Below are positions 1 through 8,716 of a stretch of 11,397 nt of DNA, piece after piece. The position numbers and the translations under genes are program-made. Position 1 is the first letter of the stretch. Every line of letters begins with the position of its first letter. The stretch comes from an uncultured bacterium (GTDB lineage: Bacteria; SAR324; NAC60-12). Below the pieces are notes generated by a model. The model made no database searches. It was given only the letters and a program-made list of their open reading frames with translations, and was not told where the DNA came from. Location of the stretch: positions 1 to 11,397 of the forward strand of contig CAXGMD010000087.1 in the NCBI GenBank assembly GCA_964010765.1. Direction: 5' to 3'.

Positions 1-720
1 ATTGAGAACAGCTTGATTTTCCAGTCGCTCAGCCACAGCTTCAAAATCAGGTAATTCAAGGAATTGGATAAGTTGAGAAGCTTGATGGTCGCTAAGTCCC
101 TGATTCGAGAGTTCAGAGCGCAGAGCTTCAACCGGCAATTTGTCCCTTTTGTCCAGGACAACGAGCACGGAGTTTTGTAGATCCTGAGGTACCTTCAACT
201 GTTCCAGCATGGCGTTCAGTATGCGCCGATCATTGATGAATATTCGAAAATCCTCTGAATCAAGTCCTAGTTCCTTCAAGGATCGAATGAGGGTGCTGAT
301 GATTTCTAATTCAGCGAGAATCGTGGGTTCCCCAATGATGTCCAAATTCCATTGGTAGTGCTCACGTTTTCTACCTCGAGTCATCCTTTCGTACCGAAAG
401 CATTGGGGGATTGAGAACCAGCGTACTGGGTAACTCAGAGATTTTTGCTTCTGTAGAATCATTCTTGCCAACGATGGCGTCATCTCTGGGCGTAGGCTCA
501 ACCTGCGAGCGCTGTTGTCTTCGAAGTTGTACAGTTGCTGGCTAATCTCATCCCCTGCTTTCCGAATATATAAGGCTTCGTGCTCTAAAACACAGGCATC
601 ATATTCTTCAAAACCAGCTTGCTGTGCAGACTTACGCCATGTGTTGAAAAGCCAATTGCGGAGTCGTAACTGTGGAGGGTAAAAATCGCGAGTACCTTTG
701 ACCGGTTGGAGATCAATCAT
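1..720 (-). CDS. hisS: Histidine--tRNA ligase, N-terminal 240 aa (runs off the left edge; absent from the ORF track)
   Basis: Manual translation from ATG at 720: [17 protein letters not shown]...GFEEYD...[21 protein letters not shown]...[31 protein letters not shown]. It contains the HisRS KGTRD, LRPE(M)T and class II motif 2 (FRYER..GR.RE..Q) signatures. The frame is open to position 1. Confidence 0.97.
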   Translation of the reverse strand, partial: [240 protein letters not shown]

Positions 721-730
721 GCTCAGTTAG

Positions 731-1660
731 TCAATGAGGGAAAGCGTATTCGGAAATTTTCTGAAAATCTTGCCAGGCCTCAGTCATTGCGTTGGGATTT
801 CTGAGTAAGTAGGAGGGGTGGAAAGTTGGCAGGATATTCCAATCACGATATTTTTTTAGGCTTCCTCGTGATTTTGTGATTCCAGGACTGCCAGGCAGCA
901 GAGCTTGGGTGGGGACATTGCCGAGAGTAACGATCAACTTGGGGTTCACCAACTCTATCTGACGTTCTAGAATCCCCATACAATGGGCGATTTCATCAGA
1001 CGTAGGATTTCTATTATTTGGGGGTCTGCACTTCACAACATTAGTCACATAAACATCTTCACGATCCAACCCAATCACATCAATCATTCGATCCAAAAGT
1101 TTGCCGGCTTTTCCCACGAATGGAAGACCAAGCCTGTCTTCATCTGCTCCAGGGCCTTCCCCTACGAACAGCAGTAAACTTCCTTCATTACCTGAACCAA
1201 AAACGAACTGATTTCTTGTTGGTCCAAGTGTGCAACGTTGACACTCCGAATTTTGCTGACAGAGCCCAGAGAGTGTTTCGACTTTTGAGTGACCCCGAAG
1301 CTCATTTTGAAAACTCTTGATCGATTCGGGTTCCCTGAAGACTGGTACTTTAGAGGAAGGTGGGCAGAAATCTAAGTCACTGGTGTTAGTCACTTCTTCG
1401 CGCGCTTGTGCACATGAGATCGCTAATTGCTGCTTCAAATTTTGCAAACTGACGGCATTTTTTTCCGATCCCCTGAGCTCCGCAAAATTTAGTTCTTTTC
1501 CCGAATCACCAGCATTATGGGGAACTAGCTCATATAGCCCGTCGATCAGTTCACTTAGTTCAACTTTTGGAAGCGACTCCTGGTTCAGGTAGTGACAATC
1601 TTTTTTCTGCAGCCACTTCAGCTGATTTTCTAGATAAAGTAGCAGGGTAGGGTAATCCAC
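731..1660 (-). CDS. Uracil-DNA glycosylase family 4 (4Fe-4S type) with a long N-terminal extension
   Basis: Motifs [41 protein letters not shown], a fourth Cys (AHC) and TFHPSYLLR. The GTG start at 1660 is uncertain. Confidence 0.93.
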   Translation of the reverse strand: MDYPTLLLYLENQLKWLQKKDCHYLNQESLPKVELSELIDGLYELVPHNAGDSGKELNFAELRGSEKNAVSLQNLKQQLAISCAQAREEVTNTSDLDFCPPSSKVPVFREPESIKSFQNELRGHSKVETLSGLCQQNSECQRCTLGPTRNQFVFGSGNEGSLLLFVGEGPGADEDRLGLPFVGKAGKLLDRMIDVIGLDREDVYVTNVVKCRPPNNRNPTSDEIAHCMGILERQIELVNPKLIVTLGNVPTQALLPGSPGITKSRGSLKKYRDWNILPTFHPSYLLRNPNAMTEAWQDFQKISEYAFPH

Positions 1661-1789
1661 AGAAAAAGCTTTGTGGGTGAGAATTTAGTTAAGTAGTGAG
1701 AAGTCAAACAGAAGTTTCATTTTGATTCAAAACCAAATCTTATTGATTAATCATGATGCCATGTCCGGGATGCTTTGCAAGAAATGAAT

Positions 1790-3139
1790 CTAAAGAATGT
1801 AACGACTAAGGTCTTGATTTTTCAATAAACTTGAAACTCTACCTTGTATGTATTCGGGAGTGATTTTAATGGTCTGACCACTCAGTTTAGGGGCTTCAAA
1901 ACTTACTTCTTCAAGTAATTGCTCCATAACCGTGTGAAGTCTTCGGGCACCAATATTTTCAGATTCTTCATTGATCACGAAGGCAATCCGTGCGATTTCG
2001 CGAATTGAATCTTCCGAAAATTCTAGCTCGACCTCTTCGGTTTGCATTAGCATGGTGTATTGCTTGATCAAAGCGTTCCGAGGTTCTGTGAGTATTTTTA
2101 CAAAATCTTTTTCGCTGAGTGCCTTAAGTTCCACACGGATTGGGAATCTACCTTGTAGTTCAGGAATCAAGTCTGATGGTTTTGCCAAGTGAAAAGCCCC
2201 AGCGGCAATGAACAGAATGTGTTCAGTACGAACAGGGCCATACTTCGTATTAATGGTGGAACCTTCAACGATAGGCAAAAGATCTCTTTGAACCCCCTCG
2301 CGGGAGACATCGGGCCCTTGAGTAGCCCCTCTTCTACTTGCGACTTTGTCAATTTCATCAAGAAAAACGATGCCAGTTTGTTCCACCCTAGTAACCGCCT
2401 CTCTTGAAACCTCATCCATATCAATCAATTTACTAACTTCTTCTTGCTGAAGAATAGTTTTGGCCTCAGCAATTTTGGTTTTTCTACGCTTCTTTCGCTT
2501 GGGCATGAAATTCGAGAGCATATCCCGGATATTCATGTCCATATTGTCGTTCATTGAAACGGGCATGAACTCAAGCATTGGAGTGTTGCCCCGCTCCGCA
2601 ACTTCTAAATCTATCTGTTTATCGTCCAGCAGACCATCACGAAGTTTTTGACGAAATTTCTCTCTTGTTCCCTGATTTCCTGGTACGCCTTGCTCATCTT
2701 TTTGAGGATTCGGTAGTAAAAGATCCAGCAAGCGATCCTCCGTAAGCAGCGCTGCCTCTTCAGTTTTTCGGTGCATGTGTTCTTGCTTAACCATACCAAT
2801 TGCGGCCTCTGTTAAATCTCTTATCATCGATTCTACATCTCTACCTACATAGCCAACTTCAGTAAATTTTGAGGCTTCTACTTTTAGGAAAGGAGCATTG
2901 ACGAGCTTGGCAATCCTTCTTGCGATCTCAGTCTTACCAACACCAGTCGCACCAATCATGATTATATTTTTTGGTAGGATTTCGTCCTTAATATCTTCAG
3001 GAAGCTGCATCCTACGCCATCGGTTTCTGAGGGCTACTGCAACGGCTTTTTTAGCGTCAGATTGACCAATGATGTATGAATCTAGGGCCTCAACGATTTC
3101 GTGTGGTGTCTGATTGTGTTCTGGTAGTTGAATTTCCAT
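1790..3139 (-). CDS. hslU: ATP-dependent protease ATPase subunit HslU (449 aa)
   Basis: TPHEIV..LD.YIIGQ..AK, Walker A GATGVGKT, pore loop [14 protein letters not shown], Walker [16 protein letters not shown] and C-terminal DLSRYIL. Start reassigned to ATG 3139 (MEIQLP); the ORF-track start at 3316 lies inside hslV. Confidence 0.98.
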   Translation of the reverse strand: MEIQLPEHNQTPHEIVEALDSYIIGQSDAKKAVAVALRNRWRRMQLPEDIKDEILPKNIIMIGATGVGKTEIARRIAKLVNAPFLKVEASKFTEVGYVGRDVESMIRDLTEAAIGMVKQEHMHRKTEEAALLTEDRLLDLLLPNPQKDEQGVPGNQGTREKFRQKLRDGLLDDKQIDLEVAERGNTPMLEFMPVSMNDNMDMNIRDMLSNFMPKRKKRRKTKIAEAKTILQQEEVSKLIDMDEVSREAVTRVEQTGIVFLDEIDKVASRRGATQGPDVSREGVQRDLLPIVEGSTINTKYGPVRTEHILFIAAGAFHLAKPSDLIPELQGRFPIRVELKALSEKDFVKILTEPRNALIKQYTMLMQTEEVELEFSEDSIREIARIAFVINEESENIGARRLHTVMEQLLEEVSFEAPKLSGQTIKITPEYIQGRVSSLLKNQDLSRYIL

Positions 3140-3161
3140 GAAAACTATTGGGGTTTGGTGG

Positions 3162-3683
3162 TTAAATCTCAATTTCTTCAAATTGAATTTGGCTATTGGT
3201 ATAGATGCAAATATCAGCAGCGATCTGCATAGATTTCTCTGTGATTTCCCTTGCCTCCATTTCTGAGTCGATGAGTGCCCTTGCTGCAGATAGTGCGTAC
3301 ATTCCCCCTGAGCCAATTCCGATCAAGCCATCGTCAGGCTCGATTACATCTCCATTCCCTGAAATAATCAAAGATGCCTCTTCACTACAAACTGCGAGCA
3401 ACGCTTCAAGACTTCTTAGCATTTTATTCGTGCGCCACTCCTTCGCCAATTCGACGGCAGATCTTATGAGGCGCCCGTTGTATTGCTCCAGCTTCTCATC
3501 AAATTTTTCAAAAAGCGTAAACGCGTCGGCGGTAGAGCCAGCAAATCCTGCGATGACTTTGCCATCAAAGGTTCTGCGAATTTTTCTCGCTGAGGCCTTG
3601 GTAACAGTATTTCCCATTGAAACCTGGCCATCTCCAGCCATCACGACACGATTGTTTTTCCTAACAGAAAGTATGGTGGTCAT
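3162..3683 (-). CDS. hslV: ATP-dependent protease peptidase subunit HslV
   Basis: N-terminal MTTI (Thr nucleophile), [22 protein letters not shown] and A.DICIYTN. Adjacent to hslU. Confidence 0.98.
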   Translation of the reverse strand: MTTILSVRKNNRVVMAGDGQVSMGNTVTKASARKIRRTFDGKVIAGFAGSTADAFTLFEKFDEKLEQYNGRLIRSAVELAKEWRTNKMLRSLEALLAVCSEEASLIISGNGDVIEPDDGLIGIGSGGMYALSAARALIDSEMEAREITEKSMQIAADICIYTNSQIQFEEIEI

Positions 3684-3715
3684 AAATCAATTTAAAAGAA
3701 TTACCAAAAAACGGA

Positions 3716-4288
3716 CTAATTTGATTCGAAGTAAAACTCACGAAAGTATTGCCAGCCTGTCCAAAGAGTCACACCCGTAGAAAACCAAAGTAAAACTATA
3801 CCAATCTCATGGCAGGGAAGCCACATTGTTGGATAGTGAATCATCAGAAATCCCACTGCGAACATTTGGGAAAATGTTTTCAATTTTCCTCCAGAGTTGG
3901 CTGAGATGACTCTCCCCTCAGCCGCTGCAACCGACCTTAGACCTGTGATAGCAAGCTCTCTCATTAAAATCAAAGTGACCAGAGCACCTGGTGCCCGATC
4001 CACTTCGACAAGGGCAATCATGAGTGAAGCCAACAAAATTTTATCAGCTACCGGATCTAGGAGTTTTCCTAAACGACTGGTATTGTTTTGATATCGAGCC
4101 AGAACTCCGTCCCAATAGTCTGTCAGGCAAGCTAAGACATAAAGAACCCAGGTTGCGAACAAGATCCAATGGTCTTCTCGATAGACATAGATCAATCCGT
4201 AGAGGATTGGGACAATAAAAATTCTTAGCAGAGTCAATTGATTAGGAGTCACCCAACGTGAGAAGAACGATAATAATTTGGATGACAT
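3716..4288 (-). CDS. pgsA: CDP-diacylglycerol--glycerol-3-phosphate 3-phosphatidyltransferase
   Basis: PNQLTLLRI and the CDP-alcohol phosphotransferase motif TDYWDGVLAR...TSRLGKLLDPVADK, plus RELAITGLR and GKLKT..Q. Several hydrophobic segments; 190 aa. Confidence 0.93.
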   Translation of the reverse strand: MSSKLLSFFSRWVTPNQLTLLRIFIVPILYGLIYVYREDHWILFATWVLYVLACLTDYWDGVLARYQNNTSRLGKLLDPVADKILLASLMIALVEVDRAPGALVTLILMRELAITGLRSVAAAEGRVISANSGGKLKTFSQMFAVGFLMIHYPTMWLPCHEIGIVLLWFSTGVTLWTGWQYFREFYFESN

Positions 4289-4321
4289 CCTGCTTGCTGT
4301 CTATGTTGAGATTAGGTTATA

Positions 4322-4349
4322 TTGCAAAGTTAGTTTTAAAATTTATTCT
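4322..4349 (+). promoter_or_regulatory. Putative sigma70-type promoter for the hemA operon
   Basis: TTGCAA (4322-4327), 16-nt spacer, TATTCT (4344-4349), in an AT-rich intergenic region about 90 nt upstream of hemA. Confidence 0.4.
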
Positions 4350-4363
4350 ATTCGATCCGTCAT

Positions 4364-4387
4364 GTCTATCCTCAATTCAGGATAGAC
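4364..4387. repeat. Perfect 9-bp inverted repeat (operator or 5'-UTR hairpin)
   Basis: GTCTATCCT-caattc-AGGATAGAC. The repeat is seen directly; its function is unknown. Confidence 0.75.
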
Positions 4388-4436
4388 CATCGCGGTTAAG
4401 TTTTTTGTAGATCATTTTGAAAATTTAGGAAGCAGC

Positions 4437-5759
4437 TTGGAAGTTGGAGTTTTGGGATGGAGTTACAAGAAAACCTCAGTTGAGTTGAGGGACAAAATTG
4501 CCCTTTCAACTGTTGAGCAAGCCGAACTAGCTGATCGACTAAAAAACTCGTTGCCAATCGAAGAATTAACGATCCTATCAACCTGCAATCGTACAGAATT
4601 CTATTTTTCTGCGAGAGAAATCAAACCGATTTCCAGTGAACTATTAGGATTTTTGGTAAAACGTTGGGACTTAGAAGAATTAAAAGATCAAGCCTACCAA
4701 ATACAAAATGTTGAGACGGCTCGGCACCTATTCAGGGTAGCATCCAGCCTCGATTCGATGGTCTTGGGTGAACCGCAAATACTGGGTCAACTCAAAGAAG
4801 CATTCCAAAGATTTCAGGATCTAGGGTGGGTTGGTGGGAGATTCAATTATCTGTTCCCGAATGCATTTCATACTGCAAAAAGAGTTCGAACAGAGACAGG
4901 GATTTCAAACTATGCTGTTTCCATAAGCTTTGCTGCGGTAGAACTTGCCAAAAGAATTTTTAGCGATTTGAGTCAGCAGCGAGTTCTCATTATTGGTGCT
5001 GGAGAAATGGCAGAATTGGCACTTCAGAATCTGAAGAGCCACGGTGTTGCAGATGTAATGGTAACGAACCGCACCTATACAAATGCTGAAAATTTGGCTG
5101 AAAAGTTTGCAGGTACAGCCATACAGTTTGAACAGCTTGAGAATCGGCTGTGTGAAGCCGATATCATTATTTCTTCCACAGGGGCAAGGCACTTTGTATT
5201 AACTCAGTCGATGGTTCGGAAATGCCTAAAAAACCGAAGAGGAAGGGCCATGTTTTTCATCGACATTGCGGTACCACGAGACATTGAGCCAGAAATAAAC
5301 GACCTGCCTGGAGCGTACTGTTACGATATTGACGACTTACAGAATGTTGTTCAGAAGAACCAAGAAGAAAGGATAAGACAAGCCGAACAAGCTAATAGAA
5401 TTTTAGAAGATGAGATTGCTAGGGTTCAAGATTGGTTTTTGACAAGATCTGTTGTCCCTACGATTCGTAAAATACGCAATGAATTTGAACATATTAGTCA
5501 GGCAGAATTAGAAAAAACTCTCCTCCGCTTATCACATTTGAGCGATAAAGACAGAGAATTGGTAACCAGTCTCGTCCATAGAATTACGCAAAAAATCCTT
5601 CACAAGCCCACAATTAATATGAAAGCCTTGTCTAAAGAAGAAGACAGGTCGCTTCAGCTTCAAGTTTTGCTAGATGTTTTTTCCGAAAAGGAAGGCAATA
5701 ACAAATTGTTGGATGAGAAAAAACCGAATCTGAAGTTGGTGAGAGGGGCAAAATCCTGA
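4437..5759 (+). CDS. hemA: Glutamyl-tRNA reductase
   Basis: Catalytic LSTCNRTE, HLFRVASSLDSMVLGEPQILGQ, NADPH-binding GAGEMA and DIAVPRDI. TTG start with AGGA a few nt upstream. Confidence 0.98.
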   Translation: MEVGVLGWSYKKTSVELRDKIALSTVEQAELADRLKNSLPIEELTILSTCNRTEFYFSAREIKPISSELLGFLVKRWDLEELKDQAYQIQNVETARHLFRVASSLDSMVLGEPQILGQLKEAFQRFQDLGWVGGRFNYLFPNAFHTAKRVRTETGISNYAVSISFAAVELAKRIFSDLSQQRVLIIGAGEMAELALQNLKSHGVADVMVTNRTYTNAENLAEKFAGTAIQFEQLENRLCEADIIISSTGARHFVLTQSMVRKCLKNRRGRAMFFIDIAVPRDIEPEINDLPGAYCYDIDDLQNVVQKNQEERIRQAEQANRILEDEIARVQDWFLTRSVVPTIRKIRNEFEHISQAELEKTLLRLSHLSDKDRELVTSLVHRITQKILHKPTINMKALSKEEDRSLQLQVLLDVFSEKEGNNKLLDEKKPNLKLVRGAKS

Positions 5760-6676
5760 TGATATTACGGATTGCCACTAGAGAAAGTCGACTGGCTCTT
5801 TGGCAAGCGAACTGGGTTCGAGAAAAGATTCTAGCAGAATTCCCTGAGCTCGATGTCCAATTAGTTCCCATGACAACTGAGGGAGATCAGAGGCTTGATC
5901 GTTCACTTGCCGATATAGGGGGGAAGGGCCTTTTTATCAAGGAATTGGAGCAAGCTCTCTTAGATCACAGAGCAGATCTTGCCGTTCATAGCATGAAAGA
6001 TCTAACCACGGAGTTCCCACAGTTTTTGGAACTTTCAGTGATCACAGAGAGGGACGACCCAAATGATGCGCTGGTTTCAAACAAGTTTTCTAACCTAATT
6101 CAGCTGCCAGATGGGGCTGTGATTGGCACGAGTTCATTGAGAAGAAAGTCTCAATTGCGACATTTTTACCCAAATCTGAAGATAAAAAATTTACGGGGAA
6201 ATTTGGATACGCGACTTAGAAAATTAGATAATGGAGAGTATGATGCAATTATTCTTGCTGTCGCAGGATTAAAGCGATTAGGCCTGAAAGAAAGAATCGC
6301 TCAAGTGATCCCTCACTCTGTAATGCTTCCGGCTATTGCTCAGGGAGCTATTGGAATAGAAACGCGTTCAGGTGATCAAGATACACTTCAATGGATAAAG
6401 CAGTTGAAGCACACAAAAACGGAGAGAGAATTGATCTGTGAACGTACGGTCCTCTCCGGCTTAAGCGGCAATTGCCATGTTCCCATTTCAGGATTTTGCG
6501 TTGAAAAGAAAGGAGAACTCTATCTTGAAGCAAGAATCGGAGATCCTGATGGCATTGAATTGCTAGTGGCTAGTGGAACTGGACTACTCGAAGAACCTGA
6601 AAAACTTGGTAAGGAGGTGACTAATCAATTAATCAAACAGGGAGCCGATAAGATACTTAAATTATTTAGAAGTTAA
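5759..6676 (+). CDS. hemC: Hydroxymethylbilane synthase (porphobilinogen deaminase)
   Basis: IATRES.LALWQA, GGKGLFIKELE, AVHSMKD, GTSSLRR, RGNLDTRL.KL and the cofactor-attachment Cys in GNCHVPI. TGATG overlap with the hemA stop. Confidence 0.98.
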   Translation: MILRIATRESRLALWQANWVREKILAEFPELDVQLVPMTTEGDQRLDRSLADIGGKGLFIKELEQALLDHRADLAVHSMKDLTTEFPQFLELSVITERDDPNDALVSNKFSNLIQLPDGAVIGTSSLRRKSQLRHFYPNLKIKNLRGNLDTRLRKLDNGEYDAIILAVAGLKRLGLKERIAQVIPHSVMLPAIAQGAIGIETRSGDQDTLQWIKQLKHTKTERELICERTVLSGLSGNCHVPISGFCVEKKGELYLEARIGDPDGIELLVASGTGLLEEPEKLGKEVTNQLIKQGADKILKLFRS

Positions 6677-6678
6677 CA

Positions 6679-8043
6679 GTGGACCTGCCTCTGAACGTCT
6701 ATGCCCTTCAAGACTTTACCCTTCAAAATTTTGCCAAAAGAAAATGTCTCTCTGATAAAAGTGCCTCTCTAACGTTCGAAGAACTTTGGAACCTTGTTGA
6801 TATCAAAAGTAAAGATTTTCGTCATAAAAGTCCAAAAGCCCCAATCGCAATATTCGCTGAAAATTCAATCTCCACTCTCATCAATTTCTTCGCAATTTGG
6901 AAAGCTGGTGGAGTCGTTGTTCCGCTGAATCCAAAGCTCTCCAGCTCCCAGAAAGATAAACTTTTAGAGCAAATTCGTCCAGAAAGAGTAATTCAATCCA
7001 AAGAAAATCAAATAAGCGGTTATGAGAAATCTGATTTTCTCCCAGATGAAGTAGACTTATTAATCGCGACTTCTGGGAGTACAGGACTCCCAAAGTTGGT
7101 TGCGCTCACCATTGCCAATTTCATTTGGAGCGCTCATGGTTCGTCTGAAAATATAGCTGTTGACCCAAATGACACCTGGCTGATCAGCCTACCCTTATTT
7201 CATGTGGGAGGGATGTCCATTATTTTCAGGACTATGCTAGCAGGCGCAAATGCGATCATTTCTCCTAAGATTCTGGATGGGGATTTCATTGATCAGCATA
7301 GAATTACACATTTTTCATTGGTAGCTACTCTACTGGATCGCTTTATTCAAACTGAAGTTTCTTTGGATAAAGTGACAAAGGCCATCCTCGTAGGTGGATC
7401 GAAAATACCCCAGGCCCTCATTCAAAAATCTATTGATTTGAATCTACCGATTCATACCAGTTACGGATGTTCCGAAATGGCTTCTCAGGTTTGTACTACA
7501 TCTAAAGAAGCAACCATTGATGAACTGATGACAGCTGGAAAAGTATTGGCCGGCCGTCAGGTGAAAATTAACCAAAATGGGAGGATTCAACTCAATGGAA
7601 AAACAAGGTTCCTAGGATATTGGCAGAATCAAAAACTTTTGAAACCATTTGATCATAATGGTTGGTTTACCACCAATGATCTAGGCGTGATTGACAAAAA
7701 TGGATTTTTGAAAGTAATTGGAAGGGCAGATCGGATGTTTATTTCAGGTGGTGAGAATATTCACCCTGAACAAATTGAGCAGGCTTTAATTAATGTCGAA
7801 GGCATCATGAAAGCCCTAGTTATTGATATGCCCAGTGAAACTTATGGATCCCGTCCGGTGGCTTTTTTGCAAGGACAGAAAAATTATAGTGACCCAGAAC
7901 TAAGAGAATTACTTAGTAAAAACCTGATGCCTTTCCAGATTCCTGATGTTTTTCTTGATTGGCCCTCTCAGGAATTTTCTCTAAAACCTAGTCTAGACCA
8001 GTTCCGGCGAATTGCCCAAAAAAGAATTTCCTTACGTAACTGA
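6679..8043 (+). CDS. menE: ANL-family CoA ligase, most similar to O-succinylbenzoate--CoA ligase
   Basis: P-loop TSGSTGLPK, WLISLPLFHVGG, SYGCSEMASQV, WF.TNDLG and GRADRMFISGGENIHPEQIE. The ~450-aa length is typical of MenE. Family assignment is secure; substrate is likely but inferred. Confidence 0.8.
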   Translation: MDLPLNVYALQDFTLQNFAKRKCLSDKSASLTFEELWNLVDIKSKDFRHKSPKAPIAIFAENSISTLINFFAIWKAGGVVVPLNPKLSSSQKDKLLEQIRPERVIQSKENQISGYEKSDFLPDEVDLLIATSGSTGLPKLVALTIANFIWSAHGSSENIAVDPNDTWLISLPLFHVGGMSIIFRTMLAGANAIISPKILDGDFIDQHRITHFSLVATLLDRFIQTEVSLDKVTKAILVGGSKIPQALIQKSIDLNLPIHTSYGCSEMASQVCTTSKEATIDELMTAGKVLAGRQVKINQNGRIQLNGKTRFLGYWQNQKLLKPFDHNGWFTTNDLGVIDKNGFLKVIGRADRMFISGGENIHPEQIEQALINVEGIMKALVIDMPSETYGSRPVAFLQGQKNYSDPELRELLSKNLMPFQIPDVFLDWPSQEFSLKPSLDQFRRIAQKRISLRN

Positions 8044-8044
8044 A

Positions 8045-8707
8045 ATGCAGAGAAAAAAATTATTTTCTTCAATCTTATTTATCTTTCTTCCCTTCACAAT
8101 CTGGTCTTCTGAGAGGACTAGCCGACCTGTTCAGTTACAACTAGTCAATTTTAGCGGAGTGGCATTGGGATATCACGTCTCAGATTCGATTTTTATTGGA
8201 TACACCTATGTCTCTTCAATGGATCTGACATTGGAACCTCAGAATCCAAGCACACTTTATGGTCAAGACTACGTTGAAAAGGTGAATGTAGAAGAAAAGC
8301 AGGACCAAGCTCTTGAATTACGGATAAGTCCCTTTGAAAACGGGCTATATTTTTCTATCGGGGCTCTTTCAACTGGAAGCAAATATCAAGAAGTCACCTT
8401 TGAAAAAAGAAATCGTGTTTTACCTAACGAGACTCAACTTTCCAAAACTGAAATTACTGTGGTAACTAAGCTAGAGCCCTGGAGTGGAGTGGGCCTAGGA
8501 TTGGGATATACGGCCATTTGGGATTTTGGTCTTTCGATTGGGCTTGGACTGATTTTTTCCCCTGTTCAATTGGAACCTGAGGTGACTGTGACGTCTTATC
8601 CGGATATGTCCGCCGCAGATAAACAATCTTTGAAAGAGCGAGTTGAAAAAGATTTTGGGAAGCCGAATCCATCCCTTGGTTATTTAGCTATTGGATACAA
8701 TTTTTAG
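8045..8707 (+). CDS. Hypothetical exported protein, probable small outer-membrane beta-barrel (220 aa)
   Basis: ATG 1 nt after the menE stop gives a Sec-like signal, MQRKKLFSSILFIFLPFTIWS. Alternating amphipathic strands (GVALGYHV, IFIGYTY, LYFSIGAL, VGLGLGYT, LSIGLGL) and a C-terminal beta-signal-like YLAIGYNF. Confidence 0.75.
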   Translation: MQRKKLFSSILFIFLPFTIWSSERTSRPVQLQLVNFSGVALGYHVSDSIFIGYTYVSSMDLTLEPQNPSTLYGQDYVEKVNVEEKQDQALELRISPFENGLYFSIGALSTGSKYQEVTFEKRNRVLPNETQLSKTEITVVTKLEPWSGVGLGLGYTAIWDFGLSIGLGLIFSPVQLEPEVTVTSYPDMSAADKQSLKERVEKDFGKPNPSLGYLAIGYNF

Positions 8708-8716
8708 GGATTAGCC

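Noticed and set aside
731..1270. Possible UdgX or phage SPO1 polymerase-related gene
   Set aside because: There is no KRRIH loop, no polymerase domain and no phage context. It is an ordinary family-4 UDG core.
1657..1676. CCACA/TGTGG hairpin covering the UDG GTG start
   Set aside because: The stem is only 5 bp with a 10-nt loop, which is expected by chance.
1747..1762. Sigma54-like TGGCA element on the minus strand upstream of the UDG gene
   Set aside because: The -12 position reads TTAA instead of TTGC, so the invariant GC is missing.
983..2799. Short alternative ORFs (62-91 aa) within the UDG gene and hslU
   Set aside because: They are antisense or off-frame to well-supported genes. The same applies to the short ORFs inside pgsA, hemA, hemC, menE, OMP1, the LysE gene and the ChaN-like gene.
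3140..3316. 59-aa N-terminal extension of HslU in the ORF track
   Set aside because: It overlaps hslV in another frame and has no HslU similarity. ATG 3139 gives a normal-length protein.
3205..3780. 191-aa plus-strand ORF
   Set aside because: It is an antisense shadow of hslV with Ser/Ala-rich composition and no recognisable motifs.
4364..4406. Intergenic hairpin read as an intrinsic terminator or CIRCE element
   Set aside because: It lies between divergent genes, the nearest T-run starts about 13 nt after the stem, and neither sequence nor spacer matches CIRCE (TTAGCACTC-N9-GAGTGCTAA).
8012..8044. TTG start for the first OMP-like gene
   Set aside because: It overlaps menE by 32 nt. ATG 8045 gives a clean signal peptide and tight coupling.
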